This document shows, piece by piece, positions 1 to 13,075 of a DNA stretch of 64,000 nucleotides. The position numbers and the translations under genes are program-made. Every line of letters begins with the position of its first letter. Within the stretch, counting starts at the first letter, position 1. The notes beneath the pieces are model-generated. The model was given only the letters and a program-made list of their open reading frames with translations, was not told the origin of the DNA and made no database searches. This DNA comes from Peribolospora baueri (taxonomy: Eukaryota), in contig JAMDHS010000007.1 in NCBI GenBank assembly GCA_029717555.1, forward strand, positions 62,001-126,000. Direction: 5' to 3'.

Positions 1-689
1 GGCGACGTGCCGCAATAAATAGGGCGCCTGTGCGTTGATTGTCCCGCAAATGAAGAGACGGGAGAGGTTTGGCGGAGGATGGGAGAGGATCGCTCAGTTG
101 AAGCAAAATCGCCCTATGGGGAGCGAAGGGGTACACAGACGGTGAGAAACGGCCATACGCAGAGAAAACGAGATGAATGAAAAGCCGACGTCAGCAAAAT
201 GTTCCGCACTCGAAAGGCCCGCAGGTTGGGCAGCATTCCTGTTTCGAACGAATGAAAAAAGTCTCGTTCGACGTTCCGTCCCAGCTCGACCCTCTCCAGG
301 GCGGGCGAGTCGCACCAAAGGCTGTGCGCTTGAGAGGGACTGGAGAGATCGAAGCCGTCAAGGATAAGGGAGATCAGGTGAGGAAACCTGCCGGAGAAGA
401 GGCCGCCTCTCGCTGAGGCGTCGATGTTGTCGCCTCCTTGGTACTGTAGCTCGAGGGTGCGGAACCCATAAGTTTAGACTTCAGGTCGTCAAGTCATTGG
501 ATGGCGTCTTTTTGAAATTGACCACTTGGGGGCATGAAGCTCCCTTGGAGGTGCGAGTATTTGTGTACGAGGTCCAAGCAAATCGCGTCAGGGTCTTGGT
601 CGCAACAGGCAGAAGAGACGGCACCAGAAGAGACGGCATCAAGAGTGTCAGAGCTACTCACGTCCTTAGAGGATTCCCCATTGTTTCCC

Positions 690-880
690 CCACTTGCCGC
701 ACCAGGGAAAATCGGACAGATGATGGGCCTCATCTCCTTCTCCGCCCCCCTCGGCGCGCCCATCATCAACGGTTGGCTCGCCGCCGGCGGAGGCTATCTA
801 GCCGCTGCAGCGTTTTCCGGCAGCGTTCTCGTCGTTGGTTCTGCGATGGTAGTGAGTGTGTCGCCGTCGCCCAATCGTAG
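690..880 (+). pseudogene. Isolated C-terminal fragment resembling a fungal MFS monocarboxylate (MCT/Mch) transporter
   Basis: Translation LFPPLAAPGKIGQMMGLISFSAPLGAPIINGWLAAGGGYLAAAAFSGSVLVVGSAMVV resembles TM11-TM12 of fungal MCT-family permeases. The in-frame upstream sequence is not transporter-like and no further exons were found. Confidence 0.35.
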
Positions 881-1073
881 CTGACTGAAGGAACGCCCAC
901 TTCTGACATGTCCCCCACTTTCTTTCTTCCCCACCGCACTGCCCTGCTCTCCCGTGACACCTCAGGCATTGCGCCCGGATCTGCGTCAACAGGAAGATCT
1001 TGTCCATTGTCTAGTTTAGTTTATATCCCTGTTCGCGCTCCTGTACCGACGTAGCCCACTAATAACCCGCCTT

Positions 1074-1100
1074 GCATGACGTCATAACGGCATGACGTCA
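1074..1100. promoter_or_regulatory. Tandem CRE/ATF-type palindromes (TGACGTCA x2)
   Basis: GCATGACGTCA occurs at 1074-1084 and 1090-1100. A minus-strand TATAA lies at about 1021-1026. Confidence 0.4.
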
Positions 1101-1493
1101 AATGATGAGCCGACGGGAGCGGACCCTGTCGGCTGCCCACGCGCGACGCGAAGTTGCGCGGACGGGGGCAACCAACCTTCGCGGGACGGAGGAGGACGGA
1201 GAGACGGGTGGGCGGGCGGTTCTCGTATCCACCATTGATAGAGCCGAGCGATTCAATCCGACAGATCCGGTTCACTCTTGTTCATTTGCGTCAATGATGA
1301 ATGCCATGGGTGAGGTGACTACATGGGATGTTGTTCTGAGAATCCACGACTAAAACAAAAGACGGGCAGGTGTTGTTTGTTATTGAACCAATCGAAAACG
1401 TTCTCGACCGAGGGAGGGGGGGGGGCGGGATGATTTAAGAGGTGGGGGAGGGAGGGGGCTATTGATGGTACGAAGATGGGAAAGGCCGACCAC

Positions 1494-2303
1494 TTAACGA
1501 CCGCCGTGGAAAGGACCTTCACGTGCTCCGAGCGAGACGACGTTATGACCGCTAGAGAGAGAAGGGCGGTGGATGAACATTCAACTCGCAAACCTACGCG
1601 CCCGTTCGTCCGACCGACATGGAAGAAGAGAAAGGACAAGGTCCGTACTCACGAGTTCGCATCATTCTTCGACGACCACCTCGTAGGCTCGTCGGCCGCT
1701 TGCAGCTGGCCCTTTTCCAGCACTTGCGTCGCCACGTCTGTGTCCTTGGACGTACCGAAGATGGTCTCCAGCTGCTGGTTTGATGGCCTTCCGAGCTTGC
1801 CTTGCGAACCTTGGCCCGTGTGGAAGACGTCGAACGAGTCCACCACTTCCATCAGGGGGATGGACTTGTCTGCGGTGCGCATTCCGAAGGAAACATTGAT
1901 ATCGTGTCGGCGTGGACGCTCCGAGGACCCCTCCACGTCATCTATGAGGTGCGCCCGAGTCCGCTACGACCAGCACATTCGACACGCCACACTCACCACC
2001 ATTCCGCCACCGAACGTACTGCGCAAGCAAGCGAAAACGACCAAAGCAAGGCAAACGGCGATCGACCCGAGTCACACGATCGGTCAGCTTACGGCTGCGA
2101 ACGCGGCAAGCATGCGAAAGCGACGGCGGCGGCGACTCACCTCCTCCCCGTTGACGATCATGATGTACTCATCCGTGCTCATCGAGTCGGGCTTGTAGAC
2201 GACCCTGAAATGAAGGAGCCGACACATGATGTTGTCAGGTTCTGGAATGCGTAGCCGTGCAAGGGGGAAGGAATGCTCACTTCTGGAGGGCCTTGGGCGG
2301 CAT
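1494..2303 (-). CDS. RTC3: Rtc3/SDO1-like (SBDS N-terminal domain) small protein, 5 exons
   Basis: Spliced reading MPPKALQK|VVYKPDSMSTDEYIMIVNGEE|YVRWRNG|DKSIPLMEVVDSFDVFHTGQGSQGKLGRPSNQQLETIFGTSKDTDVATQVLEKG...|...GGR*. GT-AG introns include a 22-nt exon at 1997-2018. Confidence 0.8.
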
Positions 2304-2784
2304 GGTGTCAGATGTCACGTCGGAGAAAGAGCAAGTGGATGAGACTTGGAAATGAGAGACAAGCGAGAGGAGGCTGCGATGTGGTGAGAAGGGAGCTGGA
2401 TGGGCTCAATGATGATGGGGAGCATCGTCGAGCAGACCATCTACGGCCATTTTATATACTACCCCGCGACGGAAGCAGATGGGGGCAGGCGGGACTAGCG
2501 TTGTTGATTGATGTCATATGTGGCAGAAGGATCTTCTTTTAGGGTCCCGTCGATCTTCATCTTTCATGCGAACTCCGGGAAGACCAAACGATACCAGCAC
2601 GAGATACTCGAAACCCGCTTCCCTCGCGCAAACCCTGGAATGTACACGTCGTTGCATGCGTGGATGGGTGAGAATACACGAGACGCGAACGTGAGAGGGC
2701 AGGAAGAGAAAGAGTGGAAGCAGCCTAGACGCCGGCGAGGCGGGCGGCAAGTTTTGGGGATGGTCCTGGCGGCGGGTGCTGAGA

Positions 2785-4718
2785 TCAGGCAGAATCGGGC
2801 TCCACCGTCGATCCGCGACGGACAGTTCCCCAGCCTAAACGACGGAGGACAACGCAAGACAAGGTCGAGATGAGCCCAGTGACGCCTACACCTGACCAAA
2901 GCAAACTTCGCATGCGACCCGCAAAACTCACCAACAAGCCGCCAGTGCTTGTCGATTCGCCTGGACAGTGCGATCTTTTCGCCAACCGCTGTGCACGCCG
3001 GGCTGGTGAGGAAGATCTTGGCCAAGTCGGCCTTGACGCTCATCACTCTCCCGCCCGCGGACGTCGAGCCAATGTTGACCATCAGTACCTCGTTCTTCGC
3101 CAGCTTCTGTACTTTCGTCTGCTTCTTGTCGTCCGTTTTCACGCCAAGGAGTCGGCGGAGAAGGAAGTAGTTGATCTCCAGCTCGGTGTAGATCTCCGGG
3201 AGTTTGCCCACCTGGCCCAACACTTGCCCGACGAGTCGATCAGCCCTGCACAACGTCGGGTCGATACGCGTACCGACACCGATGAGTCCGCCGGGAACGG
3301 CGAACTTGAGGTCGTTGTGCTCAGCGAAGAGAGAGACGATGCGAGAATAGATCGGACGACAGGTGATTCTGCCGTCGTTCTCCTTTGTAACGATGCCCGG
3401 TCGCACCTCGATTTCCTGACCGATGGTAAGCACGCCGGAGAGGATGGATCCACCGGCAACGCCGCCCTTGAGATCGTCCACCTCGGAGCCAGGTTTGTTC
3501 ACGTCGAAGGAACGGATGACGATCAGTCGCGGTTGGGCAGTAAAGTCTCGGATGGGAATAGGGATCTTCTTGACGATGTACTCGTTCACAGCATCGATGT
3601 TGTACTTGAGCTGAGCCGAGATGGGGACGATAGGTGCAGAGTCGGCAACTGTGCCTGAGAGACGCATAAAAAGAGAAGTCAAATCAGCGCCGTGCCATCT
3701 TAAAATATCAGGAAGGAGGATCCCCCACACTCACCCTTGACAAAGTTCAAAATGCTCTGGTAGTGCTCCATGGCGGCCTGCTCGCGGATCAAGTCGACCT
3801 TGTTCTGGAGAATGATGAGGTGCTGGAGCTTCATGATTTCCACTGCAGCCAAGTGCTCGCTCGTCTGCGGCTGTGGGCAAGGCTCGTTGCCGGCGATGAG
3901 AAGCAGAGCGGCGTCCATGACGGCAGCTCCGTTGAGCATGGTTGCCATGAGAATGTCGTGTCCCGGACAATCGACGAAGGAGACGTGCCTGTCAAGCAGA
4001 GGTAAAACGGGGACCTGAGTTAACGATTCGCATTACCACCTTTCGCATTAAACACTTACCTCAATAGCTTCATTCGACCACCACACCCAGGTCGCTCACA
4101 CATCGGCCGGTCCTCCTTGTTGGAGGAATAGGACCTGTAGCATCCTGGTCGCGGACATGCCTCATTCTCACACTTGTAAATCTGGCGAACGACGAGATGA
4201 GATAACAAAGGCTCAGCGTCAGCTTCTCTCCTTCCGTCCCTTGCATACAACTCAAACGCGCATCCTTCATCGCATCGCTCCCGGGTAAACCTCCACCTAC
4301 TTTAGCATTAGCATACCCGAGTTTGATGGTGATATTTCGCACGAGCTCGTTCTTGAAGCGGACAGTGTGCACGCCAGAAATTGCCTTGACAACAGTAGAC
4401 TTTCCGTGCGCGACGTGACCGATCGTACCTATTAGAAAAGGGCCGGTACAGGTCAAAAGAAGGGTCAAATGATGACCATCATCCGCGGCACCTCTTGCGA
4501 ATACATCTTCCCACGTCCTCGAGCTCAACCAGCACAAACGGCCGATGGTCTGGCATGAAAAAGTGCTCACCAATGTTGATCGTAGCCTGCTTGCTAATGA
4601 CCTCTGGGCTGAGCGGGTGCAGCTTCTCGACGTCAAGAGCGATGGTCTTAACACCCTCCACGACCTTTTCCAGCGCCACGTCCGAGTGCGTTGGGGCGGT
4701 GCCGTTGGTTTCGGCCAT
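2785..4718 (-). CDS. GCD11: Translation initiation factor eIF2 gamma subunit, 6 exons
   Basis: [55 protein letters not shown] and [14 protein letters not shown] motifs, joined by canonical introns. Confidence 0.97.
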
Positions 4719-5091
4719 GCTGGAGTGCGGGATGGTGGAGTAGGGTGTGAACGGAGAGTGTGAAAGGCGTGAAAGGGGGGTGAGCGAGACGGGTGGCGAT
4801 ACCAGACGGCGGGACGATAAGACGGTCGACTTCGATGGTGAACGAGGTGGAAATGAATCCCGACTCGACTGACGAGCGAAGCTGAGGAGGTCAGAACCGT
4901 GGGAACCTGACCGGCTGCGGTATGCGCACGTGCTCACTGATAATCACGTGGTCATTCTTGCCGTTCGTCCTCCATCCTCTTGCGACGTCGCCGTGGGCAA
5001 GCGTCGTCAACGTCAAGGCGGCCTCGGCAAGGACGGGCATGCTGGCTCAGCTTTCCACAGCGTATGCTAGCAGGCCAAGGAACCCCTCGAC

Positions 5092-6948
5092 ATGATACGT
5101 CCTACTTATGTACTCCACCGCCTAAACCTCGACCTCTTTCGCGCTACCGCCCGCATTTCTTCGCCTTCGTCTTCCTCGCCCTCTCCATCTTCGCGCCCTT
5201 TCCCCTCCTCTTCCAACCTCGGTACAGGACGCCATCTGAGGAAATGTCGATGCTCTAAACAGGGGCCAGTGTCTATGCTGTCGGGGTATTCGTACCGGAA
5301 CGCCAGCTCGAGCGCCGTCAAATCCCCGCGTATGCCGGGACAAGCGGAGGTGACGAGGCTGCTAGCGTCCCTGGCCTCCTCTCCAGAGACGCGCACTAAC
5401 CCGGCGGACGTCTTTTGGCTATTCGATCGAATGCGCGCAAATGTCAAAGCCAAAGCCAAGGGACGAGGAGGACCCAGATCGGGCGCGGATACCAAGGCGT
5501 GGACCGCACTTCTATCCTTCGCCGCCTCATCTCCCCACGTGCCTGCTGGCTCGTTACTGCCCGTCCTCCTTGCCCCTCGCGCCTCGTCCGGCTACAATCT
5601 TGGGACACCGGCATGGTCAGCCGTCTTAAAAGGCCTTTACACCCGGCGGGAGCACTCCCATGCGGAGCGCGTGTGGGAGAAGATGGTTGAGCGGGGCGTC
5701 AGCATGAATCCCAGGACGCTGACCGTTCGGTGTCGCGGGCTGGGCGCACAAAGAAAGTGGCAAGAGGCAATGCGGATTTTGCAGTTGTGGTGCAGGAGGC
5801 AAGAAGACGGCATGCCCGCCGTTTGGCGCCCCTCCTTGGAGCGAGGCCAATACGTCTTCGCTGTCACTGCGCCCGCGCCGGAAAAGGGTCCAATGCGATA
5901 CCGCGTCCAGGCGGATGCGGCGTTGATCAACACGGTGATGGAAGGCCTAGCGCGAAGCAATCAGCCCCTGCTTGCCTATCGTCTCTTCAGGAGCATGGGC
6001 AGATACTTCGACGTCCCTCCGAATGACGCAAGTTTGCGCATCCTAATGGGCGCGGCGAGGGTGGACCAAGCGCGTCTGACGCCGGAGGACCTGAACTGCC
6101 TCTCTCCATTCCTTCGTCCCGCTCTCGACGTGGACCATACCCTGTGGGACGGACTTCCAGCTCGCCTCGTCGCCCGCCATATCTTCCGCCAAGCTCTCCT
6201 GGGCAACGTGCCGTCTTTGAGCAACGTCCAGAACCCGATGGCCGGCTCCGAGCAAAACTGGTGGATGCGCGGGGAGGCGAGGCTGAGAGAGCTGCGCAGG
6301 AGGTGGGGACAATGGGTTGCCGCGGAGGTCGAGTTTGTGCAGGGGCACGTCGGGCATACATCACACCAGCCGTTGCCAGACGGCGGGCAGTACGGCACGG
6401 AGGCAGCGAAGCGTTTGCCCGAAGGAGGACGACGGCCTTTGTTCGCGCACATCCGACCGAGCGCGTCCACATTCCACTCCTATCTTCTCCTCCTTCTCGC
6501 GATCGTCTCTCCCAGGGAACCTTTGGCACGTGCCGAGAAGCCGCCTCACCACCCTTTCTCCCTCCGCAAAGCTCTCTCCTCTCCCTTCCACAACACCTTC
6601 ATATCCCCCTCCGGAATCCCCTCCTGGGACGAGCTTCCCTTAGTGCTCGCGTGGATGAGAGAGCTGGAAGTCGTCCCAGAAAGGCGGAGCCTTGTGCTTG
6701 TCTGCATGAAAGTGGCGGAGGAGATGCCTCCGCTCGTTGCTTGGCGGTCCGACGTACAAAGATCGTCCACAGAGAAGGCGGGCGATCCGGCGATGCCCGC
6801 GTCCGACGGCGCTGGAGGTTCCACCTTGTCGCATTCCGCCCGCAGTTCCAATCCCCTCGCGCCCTGGATTGAGGGATGGCTCGGTCCGGAGGCGGTCCCT
6901 GCCGAGGACGAAATAATTGAGTTTCGGAGACGAGGCGGATGGATGTAG
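5092..6948 (+). CDS. Pentatricopeptide-repeat (PPR) protein, probably mitochondrial
   Basis: 618-aa ORF with PPR-like units (AWSAVLKGLYTRREHSHAERVWEKMVERGVSMNPRT; LINTVMEGLARSNQPLLAYRLFRSMGRYFDVPPND) and an Arg/Ser-rich N-terminus. Confidence 0.75.
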   Translation: MIRPTYVLHRLNLDLFRATARISSPSSSSPSPSSRPFPSSSNLGTGRHLRKCRCSKQGPVSMLSGYSYRNASSSAVKSPRMPGQAEVTRLLASLASSPETRTNPADVFWLFDRMRANVKAKAKGRGGPRSGADTKAWTALLSFAASSPHVPAGSLLPVLLAPRASSGYNLGTPAWSAVLKGLYTRREHSHAERVWEKMVERGVSMNPRTLTVRCRGLGAQRKWQEAMRILQLWCRRQEDGMPAVWRPSLERGQYVFAVTAPAPEKGPMRYRVQADAALINTVMEGLARSNQPLLAYRLFRSMGRYFDVPPNDASLRILMGAARVDQARLTPEDLNCLSPFLRPALDVDHTLWDGLPARLVARHIFRQALLGNVPSLSNVQNPMAGSEQNWWMRGEARLRELRRRWGQWVAAEVEFVQGHVGHTSHQPLPDGGQYGTEAAKRLPEGGRRPLFAHIRPSASTFHSYLLLLLAIVSPREPLARAEKPPHHPFSLRKALSSPFHNTFISPSGIPSWDELPLVLAWMRELEVVPERRSLVLVCMKVAEEMPPLVAWRSDVQRSSTEKAGDPAMPASDGAGGSTLSHSARSSNPLAPWIEGWLGPEAVPAEDEIIEFRRRGGWM

Positions 6949-7404
6949 ACATTTTGGACCTAGGCTCGGCATCTGTGCTTGCTTTGCACTGTACTGCTCC
7001 TGCGGGTTGGTGGGGTCCTGGCTTTGCTAAAGTCGGATTGCGATTCACGGAGTACTTAGTATCCATAATGGGCTCATAATACACGATGTGGACCATGCGA
7101 ACATTGCGGATATCGATGCGGTTATCGAAACATTGACGACGAGGGTATCGGGAGAGGACGAGAAAGATCAAGGGCAACAAAATGCGAAGAATCTAAACGC
7201 GTGAGCTGGGCGTTGATCCCGGCGCTTGGAAAGATGGCGACAGCGGTGAGGCGCGCTGCTGCAAGAGGGGGCCCACAGTCATGTCCTCGTCGCGATGAAC
7301 ATGCCGAGCTGCGAATGGTGATGGGCGCCCGGAAGCCAGGAAGACTTAACATATCGCCTCCTACTCTTCACAACCATTCAGATAAAACATGAACCGAGAA
7401 ACTT

Positions 7405-10400
7405 TCACTTACCAAGAGCTGACGCAGCCGCGGGGCTGGCAGGAGTGGTCGACCTCGCTTGCTTTCCTCGTTCAGCCTGTTCCACGGCCGCCCAATAGGC
7501 CAGCTCTCGCACGTTGCGCTCGTTCGCAAGCTCTCCCAGGGCCTCACGCAGTGCGAGAATCACCGAGAGGCAAAAGGACAAGTAGTCGGGACGTGTCGGG
7601 TCGGAGACTGGTATGCTGTGAAGGTACTGTTTGATGCCGAGAACGATTTAGTCGACGATAACAAGAAGACGAGGAACATCTTGCAGGACCAACTCACGTC
7701 GCGCATGCCCAACAACAAGCTACTCAAGCATCCATACATGGCTGCCTTGCGCTTAAAGCGAGCGCCGCCGTCCACGTGTGTGCTCGCGCCGTGAGACTCC
7801 AATTCCTGACGCATGCTGACGAAGATGACTGCGAAAATGAATTTGAAAGCTGGTGTGAGCTTTACCCGTCCGTCCCACGAAGTGACAAATTGTCGCACCT
7901 TTCAAGAGATCGAGTCGGCCCTCATCCAACGCAAGCGGGCCTGGTTCGGTCGCACCCCGCGATGGTAGACCGGCGAAAAGAGGCTCTTCAGGATCGAGTG
8001 CGATGAGTTGTGTGGTAAAGTCGCTCTGCAGCGTCCAACGGCGAGCGACGAGCGTCTGCATCCAAATGTCTAGGAATTGCTCCTTGAAGGACTGTCGACG
8101 TCGTGTCCAAGAAAGAACCGGGTCAGCGGACACTCTTCGATGAAATCGGAATGTTATACGTACCCAGTAGGCTTGAGGATCCAGAGCAGCAACTCGCCGC
8201 ATGAATAGGAGCCCCACATCCCTCCTTCCGACAGGATCACTGATTCTCCGCCAGCTCTCGGCACCGTATGCGTTCAGATAGGCAGACCAGTCGCGCATCT
8301 CGTTCTGGACCATGACGTGCGCGCAACCCGCCCAACAATCGATGAGACCGTCGACGTAGAGGCGACGTTCCATTTCTCTTCGCCGCCGGTCTCGCTCGGA
8401 CGTCGAGAGGTCCGACCGGACGGGGCGTCCTTTCTCGAAGTCAGGAGCAAACAGATTCGACACGAGATGATAAATAGCTGGTGAAATCGACTCGCGAATG
8501 ACCTGCCAAAAATTCAGAGCGTGAGACGATCGAGCAGGCAGCAGCGCGAGCTCAGGCTAGATGGCAAAAGAGAACACACACCTCGGCCAACTTGCGATCT
8601 TTATCCCGAAGCGACGCGCCTTTCCCGACGTGGTCTCCGTCTTGTCCGAGCAACTGGTTCAGAGCGGGATCATCGAGATCAACGTCGAACGCGCCAAACT
8701 CGTCCTGACTCTCCCGGTTGGCCTGGGCGGGAGTTAAACTGGAGATGGCGCGGTTCCGGCAGGCCAGGAAAGTTCGCAAGCAGTCCAACACTTCGCTGCT
8801 AATTTCGATCTCCAGACCGAGAGAAGAGTCGAGCACAGCCTTGATCCACGCTGAAAGAACGAGGAAGGCGTTGAGCAGAGGAGGGGACACTCAAGCGAGA
8901 TTCGAATCTAGCTCACCAGGATGCAACAGGAGAACGTCGGGGTATTCCGCAGCGCTGCCCTCGTCAGACGGATCTAAGCTAGGCGTGCGAACTATGTGCT
9001 GCACGGCCCTGAGGATCATCCTGATCGATTCTTTGGCGAGCTTGACCTGCCGAGGACGGCCTAGCGCTTCTCTTTCCGTAATCCAGCCTCTTCGGGCGAC
9101 CTCTTCCGTTGAGAGTTTCATAATATCTGGAACGATGGTGCCATTCTTAGAGGCTTCGAGGGCTTCGAGCTCGGCCATCAGGGCTTGAGCTGTCTCTGCT
9201 AGCCATGCGACAACGTCTTCCAGTGGCAGATGGTGGTGACGGACGAGTATGGCAGCGTACATCATGCCTCGAATGCATGTCAGGCGAGAGGAGTGGTCCG
9301 CGTCCGCGAAGTCGAGGAATCCGCGCAGCTGCCGGAGGCGCAGATTGTAGCTCTCCGGTACGAGATGGAGGAAGATCATGACAATGCTATAGTGGTTGAG
9401 CAGCTGTGAACGTTCTCTCGCTGTCGGGGGTGATGACTTGGAGAAAGGCAACGTCCGGATGGGAGCGACCCGAGAGAAGAAGCGCTTGAGCCGCTTGATC
9501 CCTTCCGTCTCGTTGGGAGCTGCCTGGCGGATAGTCGTACCCGCGCGGAAGACGAGTTTGAGGAAGAGCTGGAAAGCGGAATCCGCAGGAGATCCAGACT
9601 CCGACAACAGACGCAAATCAAGGCTTTGAAGGAAAGGAGGAAAGTCGTGCACAGTCTCCGTAGGAAGGTCGGAGAGCTTGCTGAGGTTAAACACCTCGAA
9701 CAGAGTGGTAATGACGTCATTCTCTCCGAGACACCACTGCCAGGCGGTCGCCAGGTTGAGGCAACGGAGGAGGACAGCGCGAATGTACGCGTCGCGGTGC
9801 TTGAGAGCGGTGCTAGAAACCGATCGCTCGACATGCACCGGCTGACGGAGGGTGATATTGTGGGTCAAGGCGCGATGAACCATCGACCAGCAGCTCGGGA
9901 GATTGTACGAAGATGTAGACATGCCGACGGCTGAGAACTGGGACAGAGCGCAAAGCGCAAAGCAGGCGTACCAGAGCGTCTCGTTCACTTGAAGCGCCAG
10001 CTTCGGCGGCGATGAACGCAACCATTCGTCGGCGGCGTTGCCGAACTCTTGCCAGAAGTCTGAGTACGGCGAGGAATCACTCGGGTGGGCGAGGACGTGA
10101 ATGAGACATACCCACAGCTCCGCGGTCACGTCGGTCAGCAGGGCAGGTCGGTCGTCGGCTGCTTCTTTGACGCGCCTCAGCGATCGGACGGTGCGATGCA
10201 GTCCGTGGCTAAGGAGAGAAATCATCAGGCGTCTGATGAAGACGCCAACCGCCTCTTCCTCAAAACTAACGAACGCGTCCTCGACCTGAGTCTCCGTGAG
10301 TCTTTGCGATCTGGCTCGCTGGAGCCTCAGAGACGCTTCGATCGCAAACCATAACAACCACAACTTCGGCTCGAAAACGCGCCCACTGACTTCCGAGGAC

Positions 10401-12433
10401 CGCAATTCGAGATCGGCGAGGCGCTGAAATAGGTGATCGAGCTGCCCTTGAAAGAAAGAAGCGAGCACCTTGACGGCCGCAGACCCGGCGTGCATCAGAG
10501 TGGTGGAAATATACGCGTGCAGAAAACGCATCACTTCGTCGGTCGCTTTGGCAAATATGCCAGGTTCCTGCCCTGTCGAAGCGATCGCCTCCAAAGTGGC
10601 GAAGATGCCGTCGAAGATGATCGGCAGATTGCCCTGCAGCTCTTCAGGTTTTGCTGATGGATCCAGATACAAATCGAAGGCGTGACCGGAGCGAGGAGAA
10701 AGCGTATCTGACCGCGAGTGGCCGTGCAACACACTGATAAGATCGTATAGCCGCCCCTTCCCGATGTACGAATCCGAGTGGAACCTGATCCCCGACGGCA
10801 GGGGTCGGACGCCAAAGTCGGGCGAAAACTTGCGGATGCTAGAAAAGGTGTCATGGTCCTCTCCATGCAATGACTGAGGCACACTTGGCCCCTGCTCTGG
10901 CTCGCTGACTTCGTGCAAAAAGCCATTAGGTTCGAAAGAGCGCCCTCTACCATGTTCAGGGCCGCGGTCTGGTCTGGATTGACGTGAGGCGGAACCGTAA
11001 GTCCGATGCGGTCCTTGCCGTCTGGCTTGCGGAGGATGTCCATTCAGGGATCGATCATTCAGGGATCGATCACGGTTCGAAAACGCTCGGGGACTTGGGT
11101 GACCTGCTTGCTCCTTCTCTCCGTGCAACAAATTGACGAGCTCAACCAACCTTCTCTGACGAGAATATGAGTTATGCTTGCGCCGGGGAGGGCGCGAGGC
11201 CGCGAGGGATTTGCGCTCCCGGCGTGTGGGCGTCCTGATCTCCGCAGAGAGGAAAGTGGGCGGTGACATGGGCGGAGAGGGCGACACCTGTTGTGCTTGC
11301 TCTTCCTCGTCGTCTACCAAGCTGATCGTGCCAACCAATTTCCTTTTGCTGGCCTGGAGCCTCTGCTCTCGCGTGGAAGGCCGCGAGACCAATGCTGATA
11401 TTCGAGTTGGTCTTCGCCTTCTGACCGGATTAACCGGGTCTTCAGATTGATCTGACTCTGACGCTTCAGAAGAAGGGAAGGACTCCTCCGAGGAAGAGAA
11501 GGCAACTTCGGAGAGTGGGGAAGACTCTTCCGAAGAGGCAATACGGATACGCTTCCTTCTAGGCCTAGGCGGATCCGGCCTGGGTGATTCCGGTGTTCTA
11601 GTAGGGCTGGGAGCGTTCGAACCATTTCGACGTCGTCTCATGTCGTCCAACGCTTGCTCCCTCTCTAATCGTTCCAATTCGCGCAGGGTGGCATCGCGAA
11701 CAATTGCGTCCTGCCAGTCGTTGCGGAGGAGCATCCGCCGGTAATAGGACCGCTCTGACGTGTAAGGGTTGAGCTGCTGGGCTGTGCGTTGACGCAGGGA
11801 GCGCTTGGGAGCGGAGGACCGGGACGCGGCCAGCTCCTCGTCTAGAAGATCGGGCAAACGAGACAGGTGGGATGCGCTTTGTTCCTCAACGACGCGAATG
11901 GGGAGAGAAGACGAAGGCGCAACCAAGCCGTCGTCTTGATCCGGTTGACCGACCGTGGCGGTGGAGAAACTTGGTCTTTCCTTGTCCACATCGTCCCTGT
12001 CCCCGTTGCCCCCTACGTCCCCAACAGAGGGAGGACGCACGACAGCCGATGTCCCGTCTGATACTGACCGGAAAAATGGCGACGAAGGAGGGACTGATCC
12101 TTCGTCATATACCTGCTCCAACGAGATAGAAGGGGCGACCTTGTCCCCATCCATCGCGACCTCCATCGCTCCCCCCTCTCTAGCGTCTTCATGGACAGGA
12201 CGACGTTCCTGATCGACGGTAGCCGCTCCCTCGTCCGGTCCGATCCCCACCACCCCCTCCCCTCCCGCGTCAATTCCAACATCACCGCCACCGCCTCTAT
12301 CCACGGAGCGCTCGCCTCCGCCAGATCGAGGATATTCATCGCCAGCGAGCTCCGAGCGCGGGACGTCGAGGACGAGCTCTTCTTGCACCTCTTCGGGTTC
12401 CGAGGTGCCAACGACATCGTCATCGACCTGCAT
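7405..12433 (-). CDS. MMS22: Mus7/Mms22-family replication-fork repair protein, multi-exon
   Basis: Long first exon (ATG 12433) with RSLRQRTAQQLNPY and DFGVRPLPSGIRFHSDSYIGKGRL motifs typical of fungal Mus7/Mms22. Helical C-terminal exons include SQDEFGAFDVDLDDP and MRDWSAYLNAYGAESW. The 3' end is approximate. Confidence 0.75.
11041..11070. repeat. 15-bp tandem duplication inside MMS22 (encodes DRSLN twice)
   Basis: CATTCAGGGATCGAT x2, in frame. Confidence 0.9.
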
Positions 12434-13075
12434 GTCTTTTGCAAGGGAAAGACAAGAGAAAAAAAGGAACCGCCAGAAGCTGCTCAGCGTCCGAAAAGGG
12501 AGGAAGGGAATTAAGGCGGTCTTGATGACGCGCGTTGCTCGCACGTTCGCTCACCTCCTACGTCGCGTGTCCAACTTCAACGCGGCGACATCCGAATAGG
12601 CCGCATGTTACGTCGGAGAGTAAAGTTGATCGCAATCACCGGGACGCCTTATGAATCACAGAAAAAGAGGAATGGGCGTGGACGAGACAGAAGCTGGGGA
12701 CTGGCAACCTAGTAAAGAGGAAGAGGAGTCTTTCCTCGCTTTCATCGTCTCCGTCATCGTTAATGAACGCGTCCGCACGCGACCGCGTCGTAACCCTAAC
12801 AGGGCCGACCGCCTCACAGCCGGCCTACACTCGCTCGTTTCAGACGTGCGGAAAGGTCTAAACAAGAGAGATCCGGATGCTCCGAGGGAAAGGAAAGGAG
12901 CCCCGGACTAAAGTATACATTGACCGAGTTCCCTCTCCAAAGGTATATCCCAAGTCACCACCGACCGATCGGTCGACCGAACCCAACCAAGAGAAAAAAA
13001 AAGGGCGATCAGAGGGAATCCGGGCACACGCCCGGACGCTGGCTATCTATCCCGCCCATGCCGTCCCACCCTCGC

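Noticed and set aside
494..1007. Possible minus-strand spliced gene starting MDKIFLL
   Set aside because: The plausible splice leads to an in-frame TAG, and no homology is recognisable.
5621..5635. CCGTCTTAAAAGGCC resembling the cluster motif
   Set aside because: It lacks the second CCG at N8 spacing and lies inside the PPR CDS.
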